Assembly (NCBI RefSeq): GCF_001194135.2
Contig: NC_068990.1
Span: 10,553,716 to 10,617,715 of the forward strand
Origin: Octopus bimaculoides
Lineage: Eukaryota
Length of the DNA: 64,000 nucleotides
Direction of reading: 5' to 3'
Below the pieces are notes generated by a model. It made no database searches and was not told where the DNA came from. It worked only from the letters and a program-made list of their open reading frames with translations. Position 1 is the first letter of the stretch; the number at the start of each line of letters is the position of its first letter. Positions 39,585 to 52,111 of the stretch are shown in pieces. Made by a program: the position numbers and the translations under genes.

Positions 39585-39700
39585 TTTGTAACAATTTACA
39601 AAGACATCCTGCCGAAGGCTAGAGGGCATATCAGCCGAAACATCGTGTTAACAACACACAATATGAGGACAAATATCCGTCTAATGTAAGTAATGAATAT
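39585..39700 (+). mobile_element. Short repeat with degenerate hammerhead-like motif (possible third PLE 3' end)
   Basis: ctgccgaa ggct-agagggcatatc-agcc GAAAC atcgt GTT: 4-bp stem II opening on a G-C pair; first core strand damaged and no stem I. Confidence 0.25.
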
Positions 39701-40129
39701 GCTTAAAGTAGTAAACCAACGAACAATACTCATTATAAATAGATTTTAAAAACATAATTTGAAGGTGTAAAGATTAATAATGAAATAGTTGAGACAAGAT
39801 TGAAAGCTCGTTGAAATCGAGGAAATGTAATGGAACAAATTACGTGTTTTTGTAAACATTTTACACGGAATTTTACAAATGTGTTTGGTCTTTGTTAATG
39901 GAAGAAAATTAATATATGTGAAATAAAGAAAACATTCAAGTATAATGTAACAGTATTTAACAAAAACGTATGCAATAATTTTGAAATTCATACATACATA
40001 CATAAGAAAATGAATATATTTTTGGAAATTCGTAATTACCATTATCACAAATGAAGAATTAGATAAATAAATAATAATAACAATTACAAAGACAACAAAA
40101 CAACAGTATTGATAATGGTTTCAAATTTT

Positions 40130-40300
40130 GGCACAGGCCCTGGGTTCGATTATATCTGACCACTGTATATAACTGATACGTATTTTATCGACCTTAATGA
40201 TGAAGTTATGCCGATCTCATCGGAATCTCAAATTCGAACGTGAAGACGAACGACATGCTTCTAAGCATTTTGCATACCATGCTAACGATTTTGTAAACTC
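40130..40300 (-). mobile_element. SINE family B, decayed
   Basis: Reverse complement aaaatcgttagcatggtatgcaaaatgcttagaagcatgtcgttcgtcttcacgttcgaatttgagattccg. Confidence 0.6.
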
Positions 40301-40871
40301 GTTGCCTGAAAAATAATAAGAACGATGGTAATGAATACGACGACGATGATGATGAGGATGATGATGATCCAAGAAATCTACATGATGCTGGAAAAAGATG
40401 AATATCTTTGCTTTTCTGAAAAAGTAGTTTCCACAGTGTTGCAAGTGTAACTGAAATTCTATTCAATACTGAACGCCAGAGCAAAATGATATTAAATTTA
40501 TATGCAGTGTACATCTAGCAAGCTCCATATGTTACATAGCTGATAACCTAGACCCCAAACTGAGTCGAGAATATCGTTAAAACCCTTTCCAGTTTTTTTC
40601 TCTTTGCACACAAATTTCGAACTGTTTGTTTACGTTACAATCGTCCATACACACAGTGTTTGTCTAAAATAAAATTGACCTATATTACATTAAATAGTGA
40701 AATGAAAGGACACTTCATTTACATGTGCTTTATTATACCTGCTATAGTATGCGCACACATGTGTGTAAATATTCATAAAAATATGCACACACACACGCAC
40801 GCATACACATACATGCAGACACACATACGCTCGCGCACGCACACACACAAAGCACAATATTATTTATAGGC

Positions 40872-41030
40872 AACAAGTCGGTGAGCTGGCAGAAACGTCG
40901 ATCGAAATGCTTAGCGGTATTTCGTGTGTCTTTAGGTTCTGAGTTCAAACTTCGTCGAGGTCGACTTTACTTCTCATCCTTTCGGGGTCGATAAATTAAA
41001 CACCAGTTACACACTGGCATCGATCAAATG
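40872..41030 (+). mobile_element. SINE family B
   Basis: ggtgagctggcagaaacg...gaaatgcttagcggtatttcg...gttctgagttcaaac..gaggtcgacttt..tcatcctttcggggtcgataaattaa. Confidence 0.85.
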
Positions 41031-41751
41031 TAAAGATATTTGAAGTAATGCAGTAGGCATGGAAAGGAAAACCAGTGGTTTTAACAGTTATTCTAAACGT
41101 ACTAATGGGCTCAGTATTGGTACACGTTTTATATGTTATAATCTTGTAATGTGCGAACAAAAACCAATTCACATTAATACTTATTCTCTGAACATGGTCA
41201 AAATTTACGCACGAATAGAAATACTACCAAATATAAGCAAATGTATGTGTATTTGAGAGTGTGCGTGCGCGTCTGTGTGTGAGTATTACTCGCATAACAC
41301 GATATGATTTTTTATCAATATTCTTCCTATTTTTTTTTTACCTATTTCATTAAGCTTCATTATAAATTCCCCAATTAAGAATTTTGAACTGTAAGTGATT
41401 TTAAAATTGAAATGTAGCTTGCTAGACTTATTCTCCATTTGTATCATCATTTAAAATTCCAGCATATAGCTTTTTAATTAAATATGGAGTTTATATTTGG
41501 TGTACATGAAGGTTATGCTAATTGTGTAACGTTGTAAATTATATATTGAGCAGCGGTACAATATAGCTGAATTCAATCAACTTCCATTTGATGACTTTTT
41601 GACGCTTCTTTTTGTGGGGTGGGTGGGTATTTTCCTGCAATGTTTGCATGAACGCGAATTTATTTCGGTGTTTTGCATCACTATATGCAATAATCATAGC
41701 CGTCTAATTTCGGAGTGAATATGATTGGTTAGGCATTCTCTTCTTTCCTAG

Positions 41752-41807
41752 ATATGGAGGCGTAATCTATGGTGCTGCTATCTTTTACACAGCTAGTTTT
41801 TTCATTG
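41752..41807 (+). CDS. Weak exon candidate, hydrophobic
   Basis: ttctcttctttcctAG acceptor; YGGVIYGAAIFYTASFFI; donor GTACCT is poor and the phase does not match the upstream candidates. Confidence 0.15.
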
Positions 41808-42843
41808 GTACCTGTATATTACTTCATGCATTAAATATTGTGATACCCATTTGATTCCGTTTCTCAAATGGCAGGTGTCAGCTTTCCAAAAATTCTATTT
41901 TTCTACTTCAAATATATCTCTCTCTATGCTTCATCTGCTACAATTTCCGCAAGACGCAACTAAATTGCATTTTATTGATAAAAAATGAATAAAATAAAAC
42001 ATGAGCATGTCTCCATATATCTACTATATTTGCCATGCAAAAAAAACAAACCAATAATAATCACCAGGTAATATGTTTCCCATCAAAGTTTCCTTTCTAT
42101 AAGTTTTAATTCTGCAAGCATTATGTAAACTGCCACCACTCAGTCCATTGGGTTTTCAATGCCTACGTATAGGTACTGTTTTTTTTTTTTTTTAATCTAT
42201 GTGGGAAGCATCTCAGCATTCTACAACCCTGCTGCACATCACTAAAAGATACAAGTAAACCAAAGTTCTGTATAACGACATTCTGTACAATGACCGTTTA
42301 ACCACCTTTCAACAATGCGAAAATAAACAATAATATTTAATGAATCTCAAATAGTGCATCTGTTTGAATTGATAGATGATGAATGATTAAATTCACGAAA
42401 TATATTGAATTCATTAATGTTAATATTTGCTTTAGGTTATTCAGTTATATTTAAAAGTTGTTATGTTCGTCTTTGGCCATATACAGTGAGGTGTGTATAA
42501 TTATCAATGTTTATTTCCATACAACTGTATAATTTCAGACAAACTTATATTTACACAGATATCCAATAGATAACAACTGATATTCTAGAATGTGAGTTGA
42601 AGTTTAATTTCCTAAGTATTTTGCAGAAAGAGACAGAAAAATGTGTCCTTAGGTTTCAACTCTACATCTATTCTCGAGTTTACGCAACCATTTGTAGTTG
42701 GTTGCGAAGGTAGTTTGTCACACACACACACACACACACACACACNNNNNNNNNNNNNNNNNNNNNNNNNNNNNNNNNNNNNNNNNNNNNNNNNNNNNNN
42801 NNNNNNNNNNNNNNNNNNNNNNNNNNNNNNNTATATATATACA

Positions 42844-43022
42844 TACGACAAGTTGTTGAAAAGTTCCTCGCTTGATGGTATCGCGAAAGGGGTGACTGAA
42901 GGGCCGCTGAAGTAAGCTTGTTATTCTGAGAGGGGTATATTTTGAATACGATCGTAATAAACTGATCCTCCTGTATTTCCTTTTACCTCGAACCCAAGAA
43001 CTTTTCAGCACTGCATCGCATA
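42844..43022. mobile_element. mariner-derived MITE
   Basis: tacgacaagttgttgaaaagttcctcgc ... cccaagaacttttcagcactgcatcgca: degenerate ~28-bp TIRs with a shared tgaaaagttc core; TA flanks. Confidence 0.6.
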
Positions 43023-43744
43023 TATGTTATTCCACAGATGCAATAGAGCAATTTCTAAGATCGTTTTGTAACACAGAACAATTCTTATTGCTATTTACAT
43101 TCAAAAGAATATGTAATTCTACCCGGTACCTAAGACTGAAAACTGAGCGTAACGTCATAAGTGATTATATATCTGAAGCATTCATTAATTATGTTTTAGC
43201 TTATTTTGCTGGTTTCAGTTTATATTCATATTTAACGACACATTCCAGCATAATACTTTGTTGTTTTTCTGCATATTCTTTATTAATTACGGTTATATAG
43301 TATATACTTTAACTATTCTTGTATTACCTGCATTGCTTATTACTTTTGTTCTTTGACACATTATGGTTTAGGAGAAAAATGAATGGGTTGTAATTTGTTG
43401 AATAGTACTAAGAGCAAGTATAATGTATTCAATATTGCGTCAGTAACTTAGTTTAGAGGAAGAATTAGTGTAGAACTATCTGTAAAAGGAGAGGCTACTC
43501 TCTTTCTCTATTTTAATTTCCTGTTTAAGATTTCACGTAACATGGCAATGCATACATATTTATGCTAGAAATATATTTCATTTGGGCATTTGCTAAGTGG
43601 TTTTCGTTTATATCAGTATATTTCTGGTCTGCTACTGATAAATATTTACTGATAAAAGCAAGATTTTATTATCTTCAGGATATATTTCACTACATATCTA
43701 CACATAAATTCGTTGATATTTCACTAATGCTCAAACACACACAC

Positions 43745-43817
<73 letters not shown>

Positions 43818-44094
43818 NNNNNNNNNNNNNNNNNNNNNNNNNNNNNNNNNNNNNNNNNNNNNNNNNNNNNNNNNNNNNNNNNNNNNNNNNNNNNNNNNNN
43901 NNNNNNNNNNNNNNNNNNNNNNNNNNNNNNNNNNNNNNNNNNNNNNNNNNNNNNNNNNNNNNNNNNNNNNNNNNNNNNNNNNNNNNNNNNNNNNNNNNNN
44001 NNNNNNNNNNNNNNNNNNNNNNNNNNNNNNNNNNNNNNNNNNNNNNNNNNNNNNNNNNNNNNNNNNNNNNNNNTATATATATATATATATATAT

Positions 44095-44485
44095 TCTTTT
44101 TATTTTTCCCCTTTTACTTGTTTTAGACAGTAGACTGCGGCTTTGTTGAGGCACGGCCTTCAATGACTCGACCCCCGTACTGCTGTTTGAAACCTGTTGA
44201 TTATTCCTTTGATTTTTTTGCAGCATCTCTAGGTTGTAAGGAAGCAAACACACCAACACTTTTTGTTAATCTTTGATGGGGAACACATAGACACAATGAC
44301 ACACAAAAACACATACATATTTCTACGACGGGCATCTTTCAGTTTCCGTCTACGAAATTCACTCCCATAGCTTTGGTCGGCTGGAGGATATACGAGAAGA
44401 CACTTCCCTAAGGGGCTATGCAGGGTGGATTGAACCCGGAACCATGTTGTTGGGAAGCAAGATTTTCACCATACAGCCACACCTA
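44095..44485 (-). mobile_element. SINE family A, decayed full-length copy
   Basis: ttttacttgtttt..gactgcgg...cagtttccgtctacgaaattcactc..gaagacacttccctaagg..gaacccggaaccatg..cagccac. Confidence 0.8.
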
Positions 44486-44749
44486 AATAAGTAAACAAAG
44501 TATTAACATTGTCCTATAACACTTGGCATGTTTTGAAGGAGGTACATGCACATTTAATAACAACTTGACAGTACTTCACATACTTAAAGTTTTCCGCACC
44601 TCTGAGACTCAACACCTCTTCAGTTGCTTAGAGACGAATAAGTATTTTGAGAGAAATTCAAGATTGGTTTTAGGTTTAGGATCCAATTACCCAGCTGGAG
44701 TCACGAGGTAGAAATGCTATTAGGGAGACACATTTTTTCTAAGCAGTTT

Positions 44750-46706
44750 GAGCCATTATTTTTTTGTCAATGACATTGACCTCTCTCTAAAGCGACCCCG
44801 GCACTAACAAGGTACCCAATCACAGCATATCCATTCAGTGAATAGTTGCTGAGATTATTAGCTTTTATACGCTTAAAGATGAAACACAAAATATATTGGC
44901 CCTGTGCATGGACTAAGACCAACCAATCTCAAACTTATTCATGCACAAATTAAAAACCAATCATATAAGTTTTTTCGAAGATTTCGGCTTAAATGTTTCC
45001 AATAAAATCATGGAAAACCTTAAGCGAAGCATGTCATAAACCGGCCTAAATCCTAATAATAGTATATACTTTGGAACTCCAACCACACCCAGATGAAGTG
45101 AGATACATACCAGCAGGATATATGAAATATTAGTGATACATCCAAATCAAAAGCAATGGAACATATGAAACATCGCTTATAAGTTAGTGAACAACTATAT
45201 TTCATTCCACAAATTGGAGTGAAATTCTGGAAGAGAAACATTAATCTGGTTCAATCCTCCATAAAGATATGCTTACCAAGATGTTTTGTGACCAAAATTG
45301 GAAACTTTTACAAATACATTCTAAACATGTTGATGCACATAAGAACAAATTTGGCTAGTGATATTTTGACAATATTGCTTCCACACTTGAACGCTGCAAT
45401 ACAGAAAATGCGTACATACAGTCTCAAAACCCTACACCGAAACCTAAAGGCCAAAATCCTAAGAAAAGACAATCAGAGTTTGCGCTCCACGATATGACCC
45501 TCACACTATCCGATGGCATCATTGGTTAGTAAACATCATATTTACAAAGACATACAAGCAGCGGCAGCACTCGTCCATGTGTAGTGACAGAGAAATGTAT
45601 AATCAAATATGCGTTTCAACTGAAGATCGGGTAAAGGAGGAGCTGACATGAGGCTAGGTCTGACGATCGCCAACACATGGTCCGTCAGGAACTGCATATA
45701 GTGCAAAAGCCTGTAGTATTCATCAACATGAAAATCAATTTATATCAATGTTTTCAACGATGATATTCCTGAATATAAATCTAAAAATACCCGCTGATGA
45801 TACATGGAAAAGCAATTCTGGCTGTAATTGTCCTTCAGAGAAAATACGTACATACAGTCTCAAAACCCTAAGATTATATGTCCTCAATTTGCAATTAGCG
45901 TGTCTTAAAGAAAACGGTTAGAATTTATTCACATAGCTAATCTTGAGATGAAAATTTTATGTAAACATTCCCAAAAATTATCTTGTCAAATATTACGTCT
46001 GAAAATGTTGGCGCAGGACGCTCAAATACTACAGACACTGATATACATCAAAGTAATAGAATGACGTCAGGCAAGACAGATAGAGAACCAACCTTTTCAA
46101 TATTATTGGGAGTCTTCTTCAAAGCGTGAAGTGATTATTGGAAACCGATATTATAGCACCAACAATCGATTTTAATATTCTAAAGAATATTTGTCCTGAG
46201 ATTGCGTATCCCAATTAATGTGGCCATATATTTGTGTCAAAATAATGTGGATTTCCGTGAGTTTTGTAGTAAATATTAGCAGATATACTCAAAGAGTTCA
46301 ATATATGGTGGTTGTGAACAGCGTCTCGTTCACAAGAAAAAAGAATATATCAGGTCAGAAATGAATGAAGTGTATAAAATCGGATCTATTTATTTATACC
46401 TTCATTAGCAACGGGAGAACTCAATTCTTCCTTCAATGAGTATGGAGTAAAAGCAATCACATAAACACACACACACACATATTTTTTCTCTTTCATCATC
46501 CCTTTATTCCATTGTTTCTGTCTTCTATGTCGTCATTTCATTAATCTATGCCCTTCTCCTTTTTCCTGTTTGTCTCCGATGACGGAATATCCCATACACT
46601 GAGATATCCCAGAAAAAGCTGTAATACTTTGATTTTTTTTCAAAAACTATTAATGTATGTGACTTGAGATATTTGCCCTGCCTTAGAGTTTGTTGTCCTC
46701 TTTAGC

Positions 46707-46710
<4 letters not shown>
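44750..46710 (+). mobile_element. Decayed Penelope-like element: RT, linker, CxC, endonuclease remnant, hammerhead-bearing 3' end
   Basis: Remnants AEII, IGL..D, KFFEDFGL, NSNH; KRNI-WFNPP at 45231-45261; SGCNCPSE at ~45817-45840; 3' end matches 6875-7020 and terminates in (AT)n. Confidence 0.65.
46572..46627 (+). ncRNA. Minimal type-I hammerhead-like motif (second copy of the 6875 family)
   Basis: gtct CCGATGA cgga atatc.. ..gatat ccca GAAA a agct GTA atac. The two-copy consensus gives gtct/agac stem I and a palindromic acagctgt stem III. Confidence 0.45.
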
Positions 46711-46749
<39 letters not shown>

Positions 46750-46751
<2 letters not shown>

Positions 46752-48200
46752 GTAAACGGAGTTTGCGGTTATAGTAACCGACCAAGGGATAAAATATCCG
46801 TATATACTATCGGTATCCGTTATTTGTATTATCCCCGGGCAATGGTATGCAGGCACACCCTACACGTCGAGTTCAGATAACAACAGGATAAGCAAGAGTT
46901 TATAAGGAACAGATGCAAATAATTAGAAAATGGAGAAAAGCACAGATTAACCAACACATCGGTTGGGCCACATTTATAGGTTATTCTTTAATAGAATGTA
47001 TGGCATAAAAAATAGGTGACGTAACATTTCTTACGGTAATTACTGATCAATTTGCCAAAATGCAGTCTATACATGAATGATAAATGATAAGATGGAGGAA
47101 ACGTTAATTGATGTGAGAAATAGGTAATAGATATGGGGTGGGGGGTCTACATTTAAAACTTATGAGAAGGGTAAGAGGAGGGGTTGGTTATTTAACTACC
47201 AACAAGAGCCACGGTTATTCCTAACAAGATGGACTATAAAAAGAGTAAGATATATAACCTGTATTATACTATTAGGAGCTACTATTATATGCTGAGCGGT
47301 TATAGGTACTATTAAGTGGTTGTAAGTATATCTAAGAAATAGGTAATATATATGGGTGGGCGGTAACATTTAAGAGATAGGAAAAGTGAAAGAGGGTCTT
47401 TTTTTTAGTTATTTGACTACCAACAGGAAACACAACACAAAATATAGAACGTACAATAAAGACGTAACGTACACTACAGATATATAACGTACAATAAACT
47501 ATCAGGGGCTACTAACGATATGCTGTTGGACTATAAGTACATTTATGGTGCAGTAAAAGTATTTCTAGTGTTATTTATATTTGCAAGTTACACTTCGCGC
47601 ACCTCTCAAATTCACTAACGGAATTCGTGCTGATATTTTTTTTTTTTAATTCATTTATACAAAGGTAATATTTTCTATGTGTTTCATTAAATGAAGGTGC
47701 ACTAGCGAGGGTCTCCCAATTTAATGTGAATCTAGTGTTACTATCTTTGAGCTCCCAAATGTACCTGCTTAAATTAGCCGAGTTATTTAAGTTTCTGTTT
47801 CTAAAAGAATGTTGGTGCGTGGCAAATCTTCGTTTTATCTCATTTTGGGTTGCTCAAATATAACTCAATTTACTAGACTGTGCTGTGACTGTGCATTGAT
47901 AAATAACGTCCTTAATTCTACAGGTGTTACCGAAGGCACAATTATTCCTGTTCCTGGAGTCACTTAGGTTATTCTGTGTGTGTGTGTGTGTGTGTGTGTG
48001 CGCGTGTGTGCGTGTGTGTGTATGTGTGTGTGTTGGGGATGTTTCTTCCTAGTGGAGTAGGATTAGGTCTATTGAGGTTAAAGTGGTTATTTTGTTTCTG
48101 AGAGTATTCTGTACTAACTTTAGTACAGTGTCTATTATTATTTCTGCTAATACCGCCGACGATACTGTTATTGTTACTATCTGAGTAGAAAGTTTCTAAT
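46750..48200 (-). mobile_element. Penelope-like element 3' half: linker, GIY-YIG endonuclease, duplicated 3' region
   Basis: Minus strand 47975-47570: NRNNCAFGNTCRIKDVIYQCTVT..KLSYI*ATQNEIKRRFATHQHSFRN..LSRYIWELKD..LNWETL..LCINE (VIY..YIG GIY-YIG with a nonsense codon at the G). Ends at (AT)n 46711-46749. Confidence 0.85.
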
Positions 48201-48864
48201 TTTTTTCATTATACAACGAGGATATTATGCCCCCCTAAATTATGTGAAAAGCTATAACCTATCCTTACTGTACTTGTATTTATAAGATAAGAATGCCTAT
48301 TATTCTTATCAAAGTGTCTATTTACGACATTCAATAATTGCTTAGCTACGTTCGTGTCTATGTGGGAAAACAATTTCATGTCTGATATTTATAAATGACA
48401 TCTTTTTTGTGAACAATTATAGATGCTAGCGGGATCCGTGAATAGTCCATGAAATTAATAGTAAACATATTGGTTTATTCCTGAAAAATTTATGCAAAAA
48501 AAAAAAAACTTAAAATTCTAGCCTGTTTTGTGTGTGTAGCAAAATATAGTCACTCATCTGTTATTCATTTACAAGTGAAGGAAATTGGAATACGATGGTG
48601 ACTTAATACACTTTATATATATANNNNNNNNNNNNNNNNNNNNNNNNNNNNNNNNNNNNNNNNNNNNNNNNNNNNNNNNNNNNNNNNNNNNNNNNNNNNN
48701 NNNNNNNNNNNNNNNNCTTTATATGCTTTATGCACAATCTTATAAGCTTAATTAATACTCAGCTCAGCGCTCATGAAATAAATTAAAATTTAAAATATAT
48801 ATGGTCACAATTTCAAATGTAGAAAACTAAAATTTTATAGTAAAAAAAATATTTAATTTGTAAA

Positions 48865-49265
48865 ATACAGGGGGTCACAGTTTCACGGGTGCAAAAATTC
48901 ATTGCAACAGGGCATACTCCGAAAACCGCATTGTTGGCAACTTATATACCAAGGCGATGTATCGGAGCCGATACACATTTCAACTTCAGCACATCTTACA
49001 ATCCAATACCTCTTTGCAGACTATGTTCTTCGTGTAAATTCCCCCTATTCCTGTCGCTTTTTTCCGAGTGTTGATAACTTGAACTCTTACACCAGAATAT
49101 TTCAAAGCCCTTGAGAATCTAACACACAGCTGACCATGGCTGAATACAGGTTCAGGCAAGAACATCCCCACATTATCAAGTGTCTGCCCTTATGATTTAT
49201 ATATAATCCTTGCATATTAAAAGCCAATTGAGAAAAAGGTTTCTTTCTAAGGTGAATAGCAAATT
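48865..49265 (-). mobile_element. Helitron 3' fragment (Pif1-like helicase C-terminus)
   Basis: GQTLDNVGMFLPEPVFSHGQLCVRFSRA..YTKNIVCKEVL matches the Helitron KSQGQTL..VG.YLP.PVFSHGQLYVA.SR motif; possible decayed terminal hairpin near 48870-48890. Confidence 0.85.
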
Positions 49266-50313
49266 TGGAATGCGCATGCGTTAAGTGATAAATGATATAA
49301 AAAGCTTAGTTCTGTTAACAAAAAAAAAAAAAATTTCACTCTGCACTCACCATCGCTTTCCCCTCACAACTATCACCATCATCTCTCTCTTTCTCTCTCT
49401 CTTTCTCTCTGCCTTTCTGTAATCATTTTTCTCCTTTTTTGCTGTAATCACTGAGAGCACTAGCGACTAGCGTATATACAGGCGTATGCGTTCATACTTA
49501 CATGTATACGTACATACATATACATATATGGGCACTGGACGTCACAAAACGTAAACAACCAAAAAATACGAAGTACGAGGACATGGAAAATTGTCTTGAA
49601 TTGCTCAAAATACGGATTAGAAAAAACTGCCGGCAACTGATAAAGGCCCGTTCTGTGTGTTGTTCATCTTGTTTTCCATTTGCTTCTTTCGGTGTTCGCA
49701 AATGAAGTTCATATTCCATGCCCTCGTACTTCCTATCTTTGGTTGTTTACATTTTGTGCCGTTCTGTGCTCACATATGCAAATGTATATTCGTATACAAA
49801 TATGTACGTATACGCATTTATATATGCATATATATGCATATATATACATATANNNNNNNNNNNNNNNNNNNNNNNNNNNNNNNNNNNNNNNNNNNNNNNN
49901 NNNNNNNNNNNNNNNNNNNNNNNNNNNNNNNNNNNNNNNNNNNNNNNNNNNNNNNNNNNNNNNNNNNNNNNNNNNNNNNNNNNNNNNNNNNNNNNNNNNN
50001 NNNNNNNNNNNNNNNNNNNNNNNNNNNNNNNNNNNNNNNNNNNNNNNNNNNNNNNNNNNNNNNNNNNNNNNNNNNNNNNNNNNNNNNNNNNNNNNNNNNN
50101 NNNNNNNNNNNNNNNNNNNNNNNNNNNNNNNNNNNNNNNNNNNNNNNNNNNNNNNNNNNNNNNNNNNNNNNNNNNNNNNNNNNNNNNNNNNNNNNNNNNN
50201 NNNNNNNNNNNNNNNNNNNNNNNNNNNNNNNNNNNNNTTGCTATTATTCATTTTACTAATGATAATATTAAATAATCATATCGATATAGATATTTTTCGA
50301 ACGTATTTTCATG

Positions 50314-50369
<56 letters not shown>

Positions 50370-50727
50370 GTGTGCGTGTGCGTGTACGTGTGTGTGTGTT
50401 TTTTGTAATTTTTATTTTACTTGAAATAAGTAGCATTCATTTGAATATATCGATATTTCGATTTCAAGGTGAGTTGACATGGCGTGAAGAAATAAACTCG
50501 TTTGGAAAGAAATAGCCGTTGAATGTTTTCGAAGGGAATCACGGCGAATTGCACCTGGGTATATTCATAAAAGTCCAGAGGCAGAAATATGAGTGAAGCT
50601 CGAAAGAAAAACATATTGGTGAAGATAAAATAACTAACGTGCTCTTCATGGATCGGAACAATCACGCCCATCAACAACAGCAGCGGAATCGGCTGCAAAT
50701 TCCAGACGTAGATGGATTGTCCAAAGA

Positions 50728-50967
50728 TAATTAATCCCTGTTATGCATGAAACGCAAGTCGATCCCACCTCTGTGTGGTTAATTAAATAATAATTTTCTT
50801 TCGGCGCCTTGGTCGAGTGTTGTTGTTGTATTTGCAAACGAATTAAAAGAACAGAGTTTGGAAATATAATAACAACGCACTGTTGAGGCGCCGAGAGACA
50901 ATAATTATTTAATTAACAACTGCGAGGCGGAATTGAGTTGAGTTTCGTGCATAACATGGATTTATTA
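50728..50967. repeat. Long imperfect inverted repeat (foldback / MITE-like)
   Basis: Core arms 50765-50839 and 50856-50930 are 57/75 complementary around a 16-nt loop; pairing extends to 50728/50967 and weakly to ~50690/51003. Confidence 0.85.
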
Positions 50968-52111
50968 GTATTGAAGTATTCATTTGGTCAATAATTCAGC
51001 TGAGATACATAATGAAGAGTGGGACTACACAAATGTTGCAATATAGAAAATGCAAATTGTCGGAAACAAGAAAGATAATTGGATGCAGGCGTCAAATAAT
51101 CAAACCAGATCCACAACACAAATATTATTATTATACGAAACTAAACAATGTGAATATTCATAACTAAAGGAGATAATTAAGAAACAATAGAAGAAAAAAA
51201 TGATCCGCACGAATATTGAAAAACGAAAACTTAATTCAAAACTTGTAAACTCACCAGTTACAAAAAACAGATTTCATATAATAAACTTGAAGGTACATAT
51301 ATTGCACAGTATGGTCGGAACATATATGAAACTAGCAAGATTACTCATGCGAAGTTGATGAAAGCAGATTGAGTAAAACCACGATAGACACGTGTATGAT
51401 GCGGATTGATATATCGATAAATGAAGACAACGGTAACAATGTGAAAACCATGGATTAGAGGGGAAAATATCAGGAATGAGAAAAAGGAAATAGATAAGCA
51501 TAGAATGAATGAGAAAGCAAACCAAATAATAAATCATGGGAGATTGAAACAAAACAATATATTCTTTCTGCGTAAAAGTGAACAATGTAATGCAAACTAA
51601 AAAAAAGTCTAACCTGAAGCAAATGACACAGATACAGAATTACATTTGAAACATTCCAACAACAAATCAGAGTTAGAGATATATAGCCGAAAGCTATTTC
51701 TAAATTTTACTCAAGAATGCACAGAAACTCATTCGACCACAGATACTCATTCAATGCACAGGACCTCATTCAATGTCAAAGCCCAAAATAGTTTAAATCC
51801 TTAGATTGCAGCAAAAATAGGTATTTCAATTCTCGTTGCAAAGGTTCAACAATTAACCAAAACTTTGTTTATGTAAAATATTTGGGAACGAGCATTACTT
51901 AATAGGTAGCAAATATGCAATCTTTAGAGAGTGTGTCTTGATAACATGACTACGGTTAGTTCAAGAAAGACCGAATGCACTAAAGATTTCGGGGAGATTA
52001 TGATTGATTAATGATTTTTGTTTGCTAAACCTGCAACATCCGTATGTACAGAGAAACATAAGGAAAAATACAATAACAGCATTGCAGGAATATACAGTTT
52101 AATCTTCACTC

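Noticed and set aside
40206-40514. ORFs with an acidic or poly-Ser stretch
   Set aside because: Composed of a SINE B copy plus a (GAT)n tract.
45795-45812. CTGATGA...GAAA hammerhead-like words
   Set aside because: No stem II or stem I/III pairing; lies within the PLE coding linker.
47854-47856. In-frame TGA in the PLE endonuclease as possible selenocysteine (known in some Naiad PLEs)
   Set aside because: It replaces the Gly of YIG (GGA to TGA), not a Cys, and the copy is otherwise decayed; a nonsense mutation.
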